From assembly GCA_026936335.1 (NCBI GenBank), contig JAPMXV010000019.1, positions 124,001-188,000 of the forward strand: a stretch of 64,000 nucleotides of DNA, read 5' to 3'. The notes below the pieces were generated by a model. It saw only the letters and a list, made by a program, of their open reading frames with translations, was not told the origin of the DNA and ran no database searches. How positions within the stretch are numbered: position 1 is the stretch's first letter; each line of letters opens with the position of its first letter. Shown piece by piece: positions 34,215-46,532 of the stretch. Both the position numbers and the translations under genes were made by a program. Source of the stretch: Mantamonas sphyraenae STR306 (Eukaryota; Protista; CRuMs).

Positions 34215-36317
34215 TCACTGACCCATCTTCGCCTTGATCTTTGCCACGTCACCCTGGACCTTGGCACGCACTGTGTCACTCTCTGCGTTCTGCAGGCTGT
34301 CTTGCAGTTTTTCCAACGCCTGCATGGACTGCTGGTAGTCCAGACACTTCTGAAAGTCCATGCGCTTGGAGGCGTCCTCAATGGCCACCTTGAGCTTGCC
34401 AATGGCCTTTTCCAGAAACTCAATGTCCGCCTGCACCGACGAATCATTGCCACCGCCGCCACTGCTGCCTCCACTGCTGCTGTTGCTGCTTCCATAGCTG
34501 CTGCTCGACGTGCGTTGCGGGGGAGGGGGCGGGCGACGTGTGTTGCCGCCGCCACCACCGCCGCCACCGCCGCCACCTGTGCGACGTTGAGGAGGCGGAG
34601 GCGGCGTACGACCACTGCCGCCACCGCCGCCGCCGCCGCCGCCACCTGTGCGACGCTGGGGAGGAGGAGGGGGTGTGCGTCCAGTGCCTCCGCCGCCGCC
34701 GCCGCCACCAGTAGTGCGCTGGGGAGGAGGTGGGGGAGCACGTCCACTTCCACCTCCGCCACCTCCGCCCGTGGTACGCTGAGGCGGAGGAGGGGGAGTG
34801 CGTCCGCTTCCACCTCCTCCACCAAATGTGCGTTGCGGTGGCGGGGGCGGCGCACTGCGTCCCGACGATGTGTTGCTCGTGGTGGTGCTTCCGCCGCCAC
34901 TGCTGTTGTTGCTGCTCTGGCTCGGATACACCTTGCTCGATCCCGAGAACCTAGGCACAGCCGGCAGGTCTGTGTGAAAATAGAAACGGCCTTCCTGCTC
35001 CATGTTGTTGTTGTCGTCGCCGCCGCCGCCGCCGCCTCCGCCTCCGAACGAGCTGCGTTGCGGAGGGGGCGGGGGTGCACTGCGTCCACCCGACCGTTGC
35101 GGGGGAGGCGGGGGTGCACTACGTCCACCTGTGCGCTGCGGAGGAGGAGGAGGAGCCGTGCGTCCTCCTCCACCACCGCCTCCACCACCACCAAAGGTGC
35201 GCTGGGGAGGAGGAGGCGGTGCTGAGCGGCCTCCGCCTCCGCCACCGCCACCACCGCCGCCTCCGCCGCCAAATGTGCGTTGCGGGGGAGGGGGCGGTGC
35301 GCTGCGTCCGCTTCCACCGCTTCCGCCTCCACCTCCACCTCCAAAGGTGCGCTGAGGAGGAGGAGGGGGAGCAGATCGTCCACTACCTCCTCCACTGTTG
35401 CTGTTGCTGTTGCTGTTGTTGTTGCTTCCTCCGCCGCCCCATCGTGAGCCTCCTCCGCCGCTGCTGCTGTCGTTGCTGCTGCTGTTGCTGTTGCTGTTGC
35501 TTCCTCCGCCGCCGCCCCATCGTGAGCCTCCGCTGCCACCTCCACTGCTGCTGTCGCTGCTGTTGGTGCTCTTCAGGCCACCAAACTTGGGCTGGGAAAA
35601 CGAGTTGGACGAGTTGCCGCTGCTGGAATTCGAACTGCCGCCCCCGCGTGCCTTGGACGGCAACGACGGGATACCTCCGGGTCCAAACAGGCCTCCTCCA
35701 CCACCTCCTCCAAAGCCACCACCTCCTCCGCCTCCACCTCCGCCTCCGCCTCCACCACTGCTGCCTGTGAGGGCCATGCCGAAAACGAACAAACCAACAA
35801 GGGGATGGATGAGGGGGTCAGCGCTTGAAAAGACAACAGCAGCAAACGGGCCCGCAGGACAAGTGCAGACATGGACATGGGCAATGAAGGGCATCCACAT
35901 ATGCACTGCCGCGTCTTTGTGGACATGGGTTGGTTCTGGCCAGTGTGCGCATGCAGGATGGCTGAGGGTGCGCCGATGAAGGGCAGAGGGAAAAAAAGGG
36001 TGTGGAGGGGAAAGGGGTGTTGCTCGCAGCAGGCAGTCTCCCACCACCGCCTGCGTCTTGCACACTGCCGTGTCTGCACAACGTTTTCGCATTGCTATGT
36101 GGTACAGCAGGCGTGTGTGGCATCCTGCGGGGCATGGGGCATGTTTGTGGCCGAGGCCGTCCTGCCAAAAGGTTGGGGCCAACACCCGAATCGCCGTGCG
36201 GAGAAGACACAAAAACGTACCGCTTTTGGATGTGATGGGTGCACTCCGGTCATTGGTGACCGTCTTTTTCAGCTTCTTGCCCGCCTGGATTTGATCCAGC
36301 AGCGAAGAACGTGACAT
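34215..36317 (-). CDS. WIP: WASP-interacting protein (WIP/verprolin) homolog; intron ~35767-36220
   Basis: N-terminal WH2 RSSLLDQIQAGKKLKKTVTNDRSAP, second LKST motif, poly-Pro repeats, and WASP-binding motif EGRFYFHTDLPAVPRFSGSSKVYPS. Confidence 0.85.
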   Translation of the reverse strand: MSRSSLLDQIQAGKKLKKTVTNDRSAPITSKSGTFLCLLRTAIRVLAPTFWQDGLGHKHAPCPAGCHTRLLYHIAMRKRCADTAVCKTQAVVGDCLLRATPLSPPHPFFPSALHRRTLSHPACAHWPEPTHVHKDAAVHMWMPFIAHVHVCTCPAGPFAAVVFSSADPLIHPLVGLFVFGMALTGSSGGGGGGGGGGGGGGFGGGGGGGLFGPGGIPSLPSKARGGGSSNSSSGNSSNSFSQPKFGGLKSTNSSDSSSGGGSGGSRWGGGGGSNSNSNSSSNDSSSGGGGSRWGGGGSNNNSNSNSNSGGGSGRSAPPPPPQRTFGGGGGGGSGGSGRSAPPPPPQRTFGGGGGGGGGGGGGGRSAPPPPPQRTFGGGGGGGGGGRTAPPPPPQRTGGRSAPPPPPQRSGGRSAPPPPPQRSSFGGGGGGGGGDDNNNMEQEGRFYFHTDLPAVPRFSGSSKVYPSQSSNNSSGGGSTTTSNTSSGRSAPPPPPQRTFGGGGGSGRTPPPPPQRTTGGGGGGGSGRAPPPPPQRTTGGGGGGGGTGRTPPPPPQRRTGGGGGGGGGGSGRTPPPPPQRRTGGGGGGGGGGGNTRRPPPPPQRTSSSSYGSSNSSSGGSSGGGGNDSSVQADIEFLEKAIGKLKVAIEDASKRMDFQKCLDYQQSMQALEKLQDSLQNAESDTVRAKVQGDVAKIKAKMGQ
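34510..35395 (-). repeat. Twelve imperfect Gly(n)-R-x-x-PPPPPQR coding tandem repeats in WIP
   Basis: Counted directly in the translation: 6 copies before and 6 after the WASP-binding motif. Confidence 0.85.
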
Positions 36318-36597
36318 GGGCCTGTGCATGCGTGGCATTCGGCCCCGTTTGTCAGTGCAAGGCCCTCTCGAAATCGCCCATCTCCTCACTGCCTCCGCCT
36401 TCGCCTCCGCCTCTGCATGCCATTCTCTGATGTCTAGCCCACACGGAATCGGGTCCCCACGACCCACACACCAAAGGTCTAACCAAGCACAGGGATAAAC
36501 ACACACCACACACACCCTCCTCAACGAACCAGTATGCTGAGCTCGCGTTTTTTGCCCCGCGCCGGCGCTTTCCTTGCCACACCAACCTCCAACCACC

Positions 36598-38007
36598 ATG
36601 ATCTTGTTGGAAACGGCAAACATGATCCTCCAGAACGCGCTGGAGCAGCGTTTCAACCGGTACGTTTCTCCTTTGTGAGCGCTTGTGGACGAGAACGGGT
36701 GTTTTAAGGCCAAGCAGGGGGGGGTCATTTCTTTTTGTGATCTTGCACCCGGGTGGACCTGGCTTCTGCGCCCATGCTTGGTTGCCACTGGCCGCGTGCA
36801 CGTCTGCCAATGCAATATACACACACCAAAGCAGGCACCTCGCGTGTTTGTGTCCTGCATGCGGCTGTGGTAGGCGTGCGGCGCGTCCCAGAAGACAAAG
36901 GGGGCAAGAGGAGGGGGCTTTTTCCCCTCTCGGGACGAGGTTCTCGCAGCGGATGCGGCTGACACACGGCATGGACACCCTCACAGACCGGAAGGGAGCA
37001 AGCACGACATTTGCGACATCACCTTCTGCGACTTTGATGGCGTCAAGTTCCATGTGAGCAGCAACCCGGACGTTCGCAACGAGCTCACGGTGTCCATTGC
37101 CTACGACTGCTTTGACGAGCTCATGGCCAACGGAGGCGACGCCGTCGTCGAGCGCTGCTACGCCCCATATGTCACCAACACCGAGGAGGGCTTCAACTTC
37201 TCCCTTCTGTTTGACCTGGACAACCTGCCCGACAACAAGGGTCAGTTTTTCTCCTGGCGTGGCGCGTCCCTCCCGCAACTTTTTCACCAGCTCTCTCTCT
37301 CGGCGGCTTGTTGACACGCCTTGCACCACCCTGTGCCCGTCCTCACACACACATACACACACACATCCAACGCCTCCACACGCACACGCACACGCACGCA
37401 CGCGCGCACGCGCGCACGCACACACACAGACAAGGTCATTCTGGACGTGGCCAACCTGAAGCGCAATCTGCTGGCAGCGCCGTTTGAACAGGCGTTCTCC
37501 GACCTGGACAACGGCAAGACGGGTGGAATCACCAGCATCAACTACCGCGAGGGCGAGACCATGTACATCAAGCCTGCGGCCGAGGAGGTCACCGTTGTGT
37601 TTTCCATCAAGTTCAAGGACATCGACGACGTCGTGCTGGCCAAGGTCTTTCTGCAGGAGTTTTCCGATGCGCGTCGCAACGTGCGCTCCGCCCCGGCTGT
37701 GCAGTACAGCAAGGACCCTCCTGGAGAGCTGGACGGTCTCAACGCACCCACCGCCGAGGACATCGGCTACGTCACCTTTGTGCTCTTTTCGGCTCACTTC
37801 AAGAGCGCCAACCGTGACGAGACCATCTCCCTCGTCCAGATGTTCCGCGACTACCTGCACTACCACATCAAGTGCTCCAAGGCTTACATGCACACGCGCA
37901 TGCGAGCTCGCGTCGTGTCGCTGCTCCAGATCCTCAACCGTGCCAAGCCCGAGCCCGAGAAGAAGGAGAAGAAGACGGCCAGCGGCCGCACCTTCAAGCG
38001 TGGATAA
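36598..38007 (+). CDS. ARPC2: Arp2/3 complex 34 kDa subunit; multi-exon
   Basis: MILLE..N, DFDGVKFH, LKRNLLAAPFE, INYREGETMY and FRDYLHYHIKCSKAYMHTRMR. Confidence 0.97.
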
Positions 38008-38143
38008 GTCTGACCACAACCAATACAGCCACCTGGGTTGCCACAAGACGCGCACACAGTGAGGAGAAGGACGGTTTTTGGTTGGTTGGTTGCCACATGC
38101 GCTCCTGTGGAGCTCACGGTTTCATTCACCGAGGGGGGGTTGC

Positions 38144-39861
38144 TCACTTGCTCTTCTTGTCCTCGGCGCTGGGCACACGAGCGACACGCATGCCCTGCAT
38201 AAGGTTGCGAGCAGCACGCGAGTGGTCGTAGACGCCGCCGTTGAACTTTTCGGTCACGTCTTCGCCCAGGCGGTTCTTGATCTGTGCAAGGCCGCCCGGA
38301 TGACGCGGCGCAAACTTCTTGACGTCGTGCGCAAAACCCTCCACGACAATGAGCTCATCTCCTGCACGCACACGCTCCTGCACCTCGTCCATGGTCCAGA
38401 CGGGCAGAGTGTCCACGTTGGGTCCCCAGTCAAGCTGGGCAAGCTCCTTCTCTGCGCGTTCCTTCACCACTTGCAGGCGGCCCTTGGTGATTTCGTTCTC
38501 AGGGAACATCTGCAGATCGTACGTCAGGCCAACGAGGGACAGGCCGTAGATCAGCCACTTGGTGGGGTCGTACTGCCAGAAGTGGATGGCGTTGCGGAAG
38601 TCCGAGGGGAATCTGTGTGAGTGTGTGTGTGCGTGTGTGAGTGGGTGTGTGGGTGTAAGCAGATGATGGTGGGTGTGCACGTGTGCGCCAAACACCTGTG
38701 GTCACATACTCGTGGTGGAAGTTGTGGTAGCCCTCGCCCAGGGTCAGGAAGGCGGTGATGATGCTGTCCACGGCAGACACACGGTCATCAAAGGTCTTCT
38801 CGCCAAGCGTGTGAGCCAGCGAGTTGACAAAGAACGTGGCCTGGTGCACAAACACCAGACGAATCACACCTGCGTAATAGAAGCCGCCCTGTGGGTGCGT
38901 GCGCGTGGTGTGTGGTGTGAGTGGAAAGGAGCCACGGAATCTTCATGCACGAGAAAGCGAGAAAGCGGTGCCACACCATCTTGCGTCTGCACGCCACACA
39001 CGCAGCCGTACACCCTTCCTGCACACAGTGATGTACACACACACAAGCACGTGTGCAGGGTGCAAATGCAGCAGCAGGTGCATGGCGCATAGCGCGCTGG
39101 GGGGCGGCACAAGCTGAGGCGGAAAAAAAGGAGGGGTGGAAATCGCTGGAAGAACAAAGAAAACGCTTTCAAACGGGCGCGTGGCAACGTACGAGGGCGT
39201 CATCAAACAGGTACTTGCACACGAGGGTAGGCACAAGGAAGGCCATGGTGACAGCGATGGGCAGGTAGTACTTGTGCTGCCACATGATGATGCGGTTGCT
39301 CTTAAAGTCGCTGATGTCGGAACGGCCGATGGTCTTCCACTCTTGCTTGAAGAGCATCCAGCCGATATGGGCCCACAGGAAGCCATCCTCCACCGAGTAC
39401 GGGTCCTTGGCGGTGTCGGAGTAGCGGTGATGTGCGCGGTGGTCGCGTCCCCACCAGCGAATGCTGCCCTCAAAGGCACCAGCGCCAAACAGCGCCAGGC
39501 CCAGTTCGACGGGCCAGGTGGCCTTGTAGGCACGGTGAGCCCACAGGCGGTGGTAACCAGCCGTGATGCCAAACCCGGTGCAAAAGTAGTACAAGACGGC
39601 AAACACAAGCGTCGGCAGCTTCAGCGGCACCCACGTGGCTCCGTACAAGCCAAGCAGGGGCACACCGATGAGGAGGGGCACGTGCAGCCAGTTGAGGCGC
39701 TTGAGATAGAACCAGACCAGGGAGAAGCCCGTCAGTCCGTCGGGCCGCTCCGGCTGTTCCACCCACTTGTTCTTCGTGCCGGCCTTCTCCTTGGCCATCT
39801 TCGACTCGGTGGTTGCAAACTTGTCCGCGGCTTCGCGGTACACTTTCGTGTCAGCAGACAT
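38144..39861 (-). CDS. OLE1: Delta-9 acyl-CoA desaturase with C-terminal cytochrome b5 domain (OLE1 type); multi-exon
   Basis: His boxes [13 protein letters not shown] and GEGYHNFHH, plus YDPTKW. The b5 domain has HPGG and HS..ARNL. Confidence 0.95.
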
Positions 39862-39950
39862 GGTGTTGATGTCGCGCACGGGTGGTGTTGGGTTTGGTGG
39901 GGGGCGACGGCGCATCCAAAACGAAACACGGAAGAGCAACCGTTTCTCCC

Positions 39951-40152
39951 ATGCACACCCGCCAGTTCAGCTCACGCCGATCCAGCGTGGCTGTGTTTTC
40001 CAATGTCAAGAATGTGTACAGCAAGAACTTTCTGCAGAGCATCCAAAAGAAGAGCAGCAAGTCTGTGTTTGACACCGTGCTCCAGTCGGCCACCTTTCGA
40101 TGCCTACGTTTCCGCTGCTACGGTACGTCATCTGCTCCGCTCTGGCCCTCCG

Positions 40153-40188
<36 letters not shown>

Positions 40189-41275
40189 GTGTGTCTCACG
40201 TTCGTTTCTCCCTTCACCCTAATTCCTTCTCACAGACGTCTCCAACACCGTGCGCTTCTACCGCAAGTGTCTGCAGCTGAATCTGAGCAAATACCACGAG
40301 TCCGAGTCGTCGGTGCTCCTGTACTTCAGCCAGACACGAGAGAACAGGGGCAAGGACAACGTGAGTCTTCGCTTCGAGTTTCCCAAAGCCTCTGCGCAAA
40401 CCACCGTCAAACGCAGCTCCGAGGCCTCGCACATGGTGTTTTACGTCCACAAACTCGAGGGATTCCTCAATCGATTCCGTCGCAACGGCTTCACCATCTA
40501 CCTGGACCCGCAGCAGTTCTACCGCATGAAGATTGCCGTGGTGCTGGATCCCAACGGCTACCCCGTGCGCCTGGTGGAACTCACCGACTCGCAGCTGCGT
40601 GTGGACGAAAACATTCCAGAGACACCCAAGTGGAATGTGCGCCTGGGTTACATTTCCATTCGGTGTCTGCACAGCGACTACACGGTGCCCTTCTACGAAT
40701 CGCTGTTTGCGCCGCCCGAAGAGCGGGAACTGAGCGACGTGGAGCGTGATCTGGGCATCGAGTACACAGCGTCGCTGGAGCAGCTGTTGGAAGACATCAA
40801 CGACGAGACATTCGATTGGAAGGGCGGTGTGAGTGGACGGCAACGACGCACCAAGGGGTTCCGGCTCATCGACTCGGAAGACTTTCCCCAGAGCAGGACG
40901 GCATACAGCTGGATGGGCCACGGCGACCGCACAGACTATGCTTGCGTGTGCTTTGTGGACAAATTGGACGAAAAGGTGATTGACGAAGGCTCCCTCTTTC
41001 TGGGGCTGGTGTTCCAGGTGAGCGACCTGGACGTGGCCATCAGCAAGCTGGAGGGGGACTATGGCATCGAACTGTTGGTGCGCAAGGAGACAGTGGAAGA
41101 CGTGGGCACCTTTTGTACATTTGAGGACCCCAACGGCGTCACCGTGGTCCTGACTCAGGACGAGGTGATGGTCGACGAAAGCACCGTGCCAAAGTCGCTT
41201 CGCAAGGACCACTTCACACTGGACACGTCTGTGCTGGGAAGCAGCAGCAACAGCAACAGCAACGGCGTTGCCGGG

Positions 41276-41317
<42 letters not shown>

Positions 41318-42591
41318 GGCAGTGGCAGCAGTGGCAACAGTGGAGATCAAGGCAGCACACGCACGCTGGGACGCAACATGTCACACACGAGTGCCGGGAG
41401 CGAGGAGAGCAACAGCAGTGCAATGGCCATCCCTGGAGATCTGATACGTGCGACGTCGTCGACGTCGTCTGCAGGGCTGTCTCGGAATGACTCGCAGGAC
41501 TCTCGGTTTTCCGGATCCACGATTGCGTCGGCGTCGAGCAGGTACACGTCGAGCAGTGTGTTTTCGCAGACCAGTGGGCATCCGCGACGTCGTTCGCAGC
41601 GTGGGGCACACATGGTGGAAGATGCTGCGTTGGCCGGTTGGTGTCGGCGACAAGCACAGGCGAGGATGTGGGGCTTCACATCTCGGCATCGATCATGCAG
41701 GGCAACTCATCGTATGGTGGCGACTCGGACGATGGACTCAGTGTCAAGACGGCACAGAGTGCACAAACGACGGGGGGCCGATTGGGTGGCAGCAAGAGCA
41801 GTACGGGTGACCAAGGAGGCACACAGGGTGGTGCGGGAGGCAATGTGGTGGACGGCATCGATTATTCGGCCATCGGCACACAGCTGCTGGATCCAGGGGC
41901 ACCCAACATGAACATGGCGCGGCGTCGAAGTGCGCCGGGTCTCTCGTTTTCAGCGCGTCGACTGAGCTCCGAGGAGGACGAGAAGGAAAAGGAGAAGGAG
42001 AAGCGACAGAACCTGTTTGGATTCCAGACTCTGTCAGAGACGGCGTTTCCATCGCTGCTGACGCCCGAGGAGACCGATCGTTCGCCGGAAAGCAGCGGGA
42101 GTCGCAGTCGCAGCCGATCGCCCTCCGGGCACGGGGACACACGTGGCGGCGGTGGCACGGGCATGATGCATTCGTCCAGCTCTGCCGGAAGCAGTAGCAG
42201 CGATGACAGCGAAGAGGTGGAGGTGGAGGTGGGTGCTCTGAACGAGTACCTGTCACAGTTGCAACCGGACCAGATGGTGAGTGCAGACATGTTGCGCAAG
42301 GTGTCGATCAGCAACAAGGAGGCGGCGGCAGCAAAGGCACGCGCAGCGGCGGCAGCGGCGGCTGCAGGGGACGACGATTGGGAGTCGGGCTCATCCAGGA
42401 TGCATTCGCGTCGCAACAGTGAGCCTGCACGTTCGCCACAGTATCGTCCCAGTAGTGCGGGCTCGTTGCGTGTGCATGGTGATCTCATGCATCATGATGG
42501 AGGCAGCAGGCGGGCAACCGTGGCTCGTTCGCCGCAGGGGCTGCGCAAACTGCAGCAGGAGGACGATCAGGAGGATGTGAGAATGAAGTGA
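39951..42591 (+). CDS. Glyoxalase/VOC-fold domain protein with long disordered tail (intron near 40122-40235; apparent frameshift ~41635)
   Basis: Two VOC-like units (VRFYRKCL...VLDPNGYPVRLVE; PFYESLF...FQVSDLD...FEDPNGVTVVL). Confidence 0.6.
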
Positions 42592-42958
42592 GGAGTGAGG
42601 AGTGAGGAAGAGGAGGAGAAGGAGGAATAGGCAGGAAGAATGAAGCATTGGTGGTGTGTTCGACATCTTGGGAATGCTGGAAGCGCTCCACTTCACCCAG
42701 CCAAACCGAAAAACACTGTACGTTGGTGTCACACACAAAACAGGTTGCGGGTCACGTGCACCGGTACCACCGATGCGATGCACCACGAGGAGGGTGTACG
42801 CAAAGGCGTGCCGTGTGCACACAGGTGACGCGCGGGGCGTGTGTGAGACTCGCCTTGCAAAAAGGAGGGCTCGGGCGAAAAATCGCACGTGAGCGGCACA
42901 CAAAAACGGGCGGCGCAGGGCACTGACACACACCTACGACGGCTGCCACAGACATAAA

Positions 42959-44287
42959 ATGGGAAAGGAACGCGTGCAGATTCAGCGCCACACCGAGCTG
43001 GTGCAGGGTATCCCCCGCTACGGCCGCAAGCAGGTAAGAAAACACGCGAGGGCGTCGCATGCGCCGCTCTGCGTTTTGCCCCGAACGCCACACAGCGCCA
43101 TCCAACTGCTCTGCACGCACATACACACACATCCCTGGTGCTTCGACACACATACGGCTGCACCCTATGCACGCTGCAAGTGTGTCACACGCACACATGC
43201 TGTGACCTGGGCGTGAGGGCAGCCGTCGCATTTCGCGAAGCACCTCCCTCTGTCCCTGGGGCCACACATGTGCATGTGCATGCGCCGTGTCTTGTGCTGT
43301 GTCCATGTGCACGTATGCACGTGTGTCCTGGTGTGGTTGTAGGCGTGTGCAGGCATGCACGTGACTCGTGGGTCGGCATTGAGCCGCGAGTCGCATGCGT
43401 GCCTGCGCTTGTACGGACTGCACACGCTTATGGACAGACGTGTGGTGACGACACGTGTCTGGATCGACACCTGGTCACGTTGCAAAGCGCACACACGTGT
43501 GGATGGCATTGGATGGCGCGTGGATGGCGAGCACGGGGCGTCGCATGTTGAGCGAGGGAAGAAAGCCGCGCTGCTGTGAAATCCGTAGGCTGACACAGAC
43601 ACACACACACACACGCGGACACACACACACACACAGCTGGCCAAGAAGAGCGGCAACTACCGCTTTGCCAAGAAGGGTGGTGCCAAGAAGGTGAAGGCCG
43701 AGACCCCCGTGGTGGTGAAGGAGATCACTGGTGAGAAGCAGAAGGGCAAGCGCCAGATCGCCCCCAAGACTGCCCGCTTCTACCCGACGGAGGACATCAA
43801 GACCCCGCTGGAGCGTCGCCATGGCAAGAACAAGCAGACCAAGCTCAAGAGCGGTCTGGTGCCGGGCTCCGTGCTGATCCTGCTGAGCGGCCAGTTCCGC
43901 GGCAAGCGCGTGGTTTTCCTCAAGCAGCTGGATTCGGGTCTGCTGCTGGTCACCGGCCCGTTCAAGGTCAACGGTGTGCCTCTGCGCCGCGTCAACCAAG
44001 CCTACACTATTGTGACGTCGACCACCGTGGACGTGTCCAATGTCAACGTCAACGACGTGAACGACGCCATGTTTGCCAAGCCCAAGGCGCGTGTGACGCT
44101 CAACGACGACGGACTGTATGTGAAGGAGAGCATCAAGACCGAGCTGACCGCCGAGCGCAAGCAGCTGCAGGCCACCGTGGACGCCAGCATCATCGAGGCC
44201 ATCAACGGCGTCGAGGGTCTCAAGGAGTACCTGGGCAGCCGCTTCTCCCTCAAGAAGGGCCAGTACCCGCACTCCCTCAAGTTCTAA
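42959..44287 (+). CDS. RPL6: 60S ribosomal protein eL6; ~600-bp intron 43034-43637
   Basis: FYPTED, PGSVLILLSGQFRGKRVVFLKQLDSGLLLVTGPFKVNGVPLRRVNQAY and YPHSLKF. Confidence 0.97.
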
Positions 44288-44429
44288 GTGCCTTGTTGGG
44301 ATCGCCAATGAAACTCTGAGAGCTTTTGAACCACAACAAGAACAACCATGCCAATTGCTGCATCTTTGCTGCGTCTGCCGACCCAACCAAAGTACCACAC
44401 ACACACACACACATACATCCCGTTGCACG

Positions 44430-46495
44430 ATGGCGTCTGTTGAAGAGTTGTTTCAGCAGGTGGTGAGTGCGGCTGAACAGGACGACTTTGAAGAGGTGCA
44501 TGCGCTTGCGGCGCAGGTGCTTGCGTCGAATGGCGACGATCGCGACGCACAGCTGGTGAGCGTGGTGGCCAGTCTGAACAACGGCGACCACGAACAAGCC
44601 CTGGCAGACATCCAATCGTACGGCACGCCGGCGTACATGCTCTTCCACAAGGCCTACGCCCAATACAGGCTGGGACAGCTGGACCAAGCCCTAGAGACCG
44701 TCCGTTCGGCACCCCACAAGGTCCCAGAGGGTGACGACAAGAGTATGTACACAGAGGACTATGCAGCAGGTGTCAAGCAGCTCGAGGCGCAGATTGTACG
44801 TTGTGAGGAAGGCGTGTGCCCTGCGCTGGAGGCGGCCCAAGAGCGGTGCCACGTGGAAGAACCCTCCCTCCGGCCTGAAAGACTCACACACAACCAAACG
44901 GACGCACGCTGGACGCGCAATGCACACGCCATGCGATCCCCACGCGTGTATGCATTGCACATACACACAGCTGTACAAGCAGGAGGACTACCAGGCTTGT
45001 GTGGAGATCTACGAGGAGCTGCAGCTGGAAAGCGAGGTGAGTCGCATTTCTCAAAGCCAAGTGCGGAGTGGCACAAAGGCACACGCTGACACACAGAGGC
45101 GGAACATGGACACGTGGTGGCCTGGACACACACACACACACACTGGGTGTCGGTGCGACATGTGCGTGTGCTTTGGGGTGGTGGGGAGCAGTATGACACA
45201 GAGGAGCTGCGGACAAACATGACGGCGGCGCAGGCGTCGCTTGTGCAGGAGGGAAACGGGGCTGCTGCACGCGTGGAACTGAGCGAGTACGAGGGAGGAA
45301 GCACATGGGAGTTGGCTTACAACGTGGCATGTGCCTACATTGCACTAGGCAAGTACACGGAAGCGAACCGGCACCTGGTGGCAGCCGCTCGCATGTGCAA
45401 GAGGGCGTTCTTTGCCGATGGAGGGGACGAGGGCGACGCCGAGGCGTTGGCGGAACTGATGGACGAGGCATCGATCATCCAGGTGCAAATGGCGTATGTG
45501 TACCAGATGATGGGCATGTTGGGACAGGACATGAGCGCAGTGGAGGGTTATCCGCTGGCGAGTGACGAGGCAGCGGCCAAAGATGCGCTGGAGCTGTACA
45601 ACGAGGTGGTCAAGAGCAGCAGTGACAAGGGCACGGTGGCAGTGGCATCAAACAACATCATGGTACTGCACGGCGACCACAAAGGGTTCGACTCGTTGCG
45701 CAAATCCAAAAAGGCGTTCAACGAAAAGGCCGAGGCGAAGCTGACGTCGTTCCAGCGGCGTGCGTTGGCCTTCAACCGGGCCCTGCTCAACGTGACCATG
45801 GGCAAGAAGGACACGGCACGGGAGTTGATCCGAGCCCTGGAGCAGCAGTTTCCGGATTCGGAATTGCCCTCGCTGATCTCCGCGTCGCTGCTGTACCGCG
45901 ACAAAAAGGTGCAGGCGGCCATGGAGGAGCTGGGACGCACGGCAGAGTTGCACCGCAAGGCGGGCAAAGAGAGCGTGCGGCTGTCGTTGACGCTTGCACA
46001 GGTGCAGTATCTGCAGGGGATGGCGCAGGAGAGCGTGCAAACCCTGCACGGCATCCAAGGTCTGCGCAACACGGCGGCGTGGACGATGACGGTGGTGCAC
46101 ATTCTGGAACAGGTGGGCCAGATTGACGACGCCGTGACGGTGTTGGACCAAGCGTGCATGGAATGGAAGAGCAGGGTGGGTAGCGCAGACGACGACGGAA
46201 GCGCGGCGGAGACCCTGCACGCCCTGCTGGAGTATGCAGGGCAGTTTAAGATGCAGCATGCGCAGTATGAGGGTGCAGCAAAGACGTTTGAGCAGCTGTA
46301 CGCCATGGATCGCTCGGACGAAAACGTCCTGGCGCAGCTCGTGTTGGCCTGCTCCTACTTTGACGCAGACGCCGCAGACCGCTTTGCAGAGCATCTGCCA
46401 GGCGACCTGGAAGACGTCGACCTGGACGACGACGAGCCGCTGGAGCAGTACCAGCGACCAGCACGCAAGGCCAAGGGCAGCAGCAGTGGAAGTGG

Positions 46496-46532
<37 letters not shown>

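Noticed and set aside
34500-35400. Regularly spaced repeats resembling a CRISPR array
   Set aside because: They are in-frame Gly/Pro coding repeats of WIP with degenerate third positions, and there are no cas genes.
43034-43637. Possible snoRNA in the long RPL6 intron
   Set aside because: No convincing C/D (RTGATGA...CTGA with terminal stem) or H/ACA arrangement. The sequence is mostly alternating purine-pyrimidine repeats.
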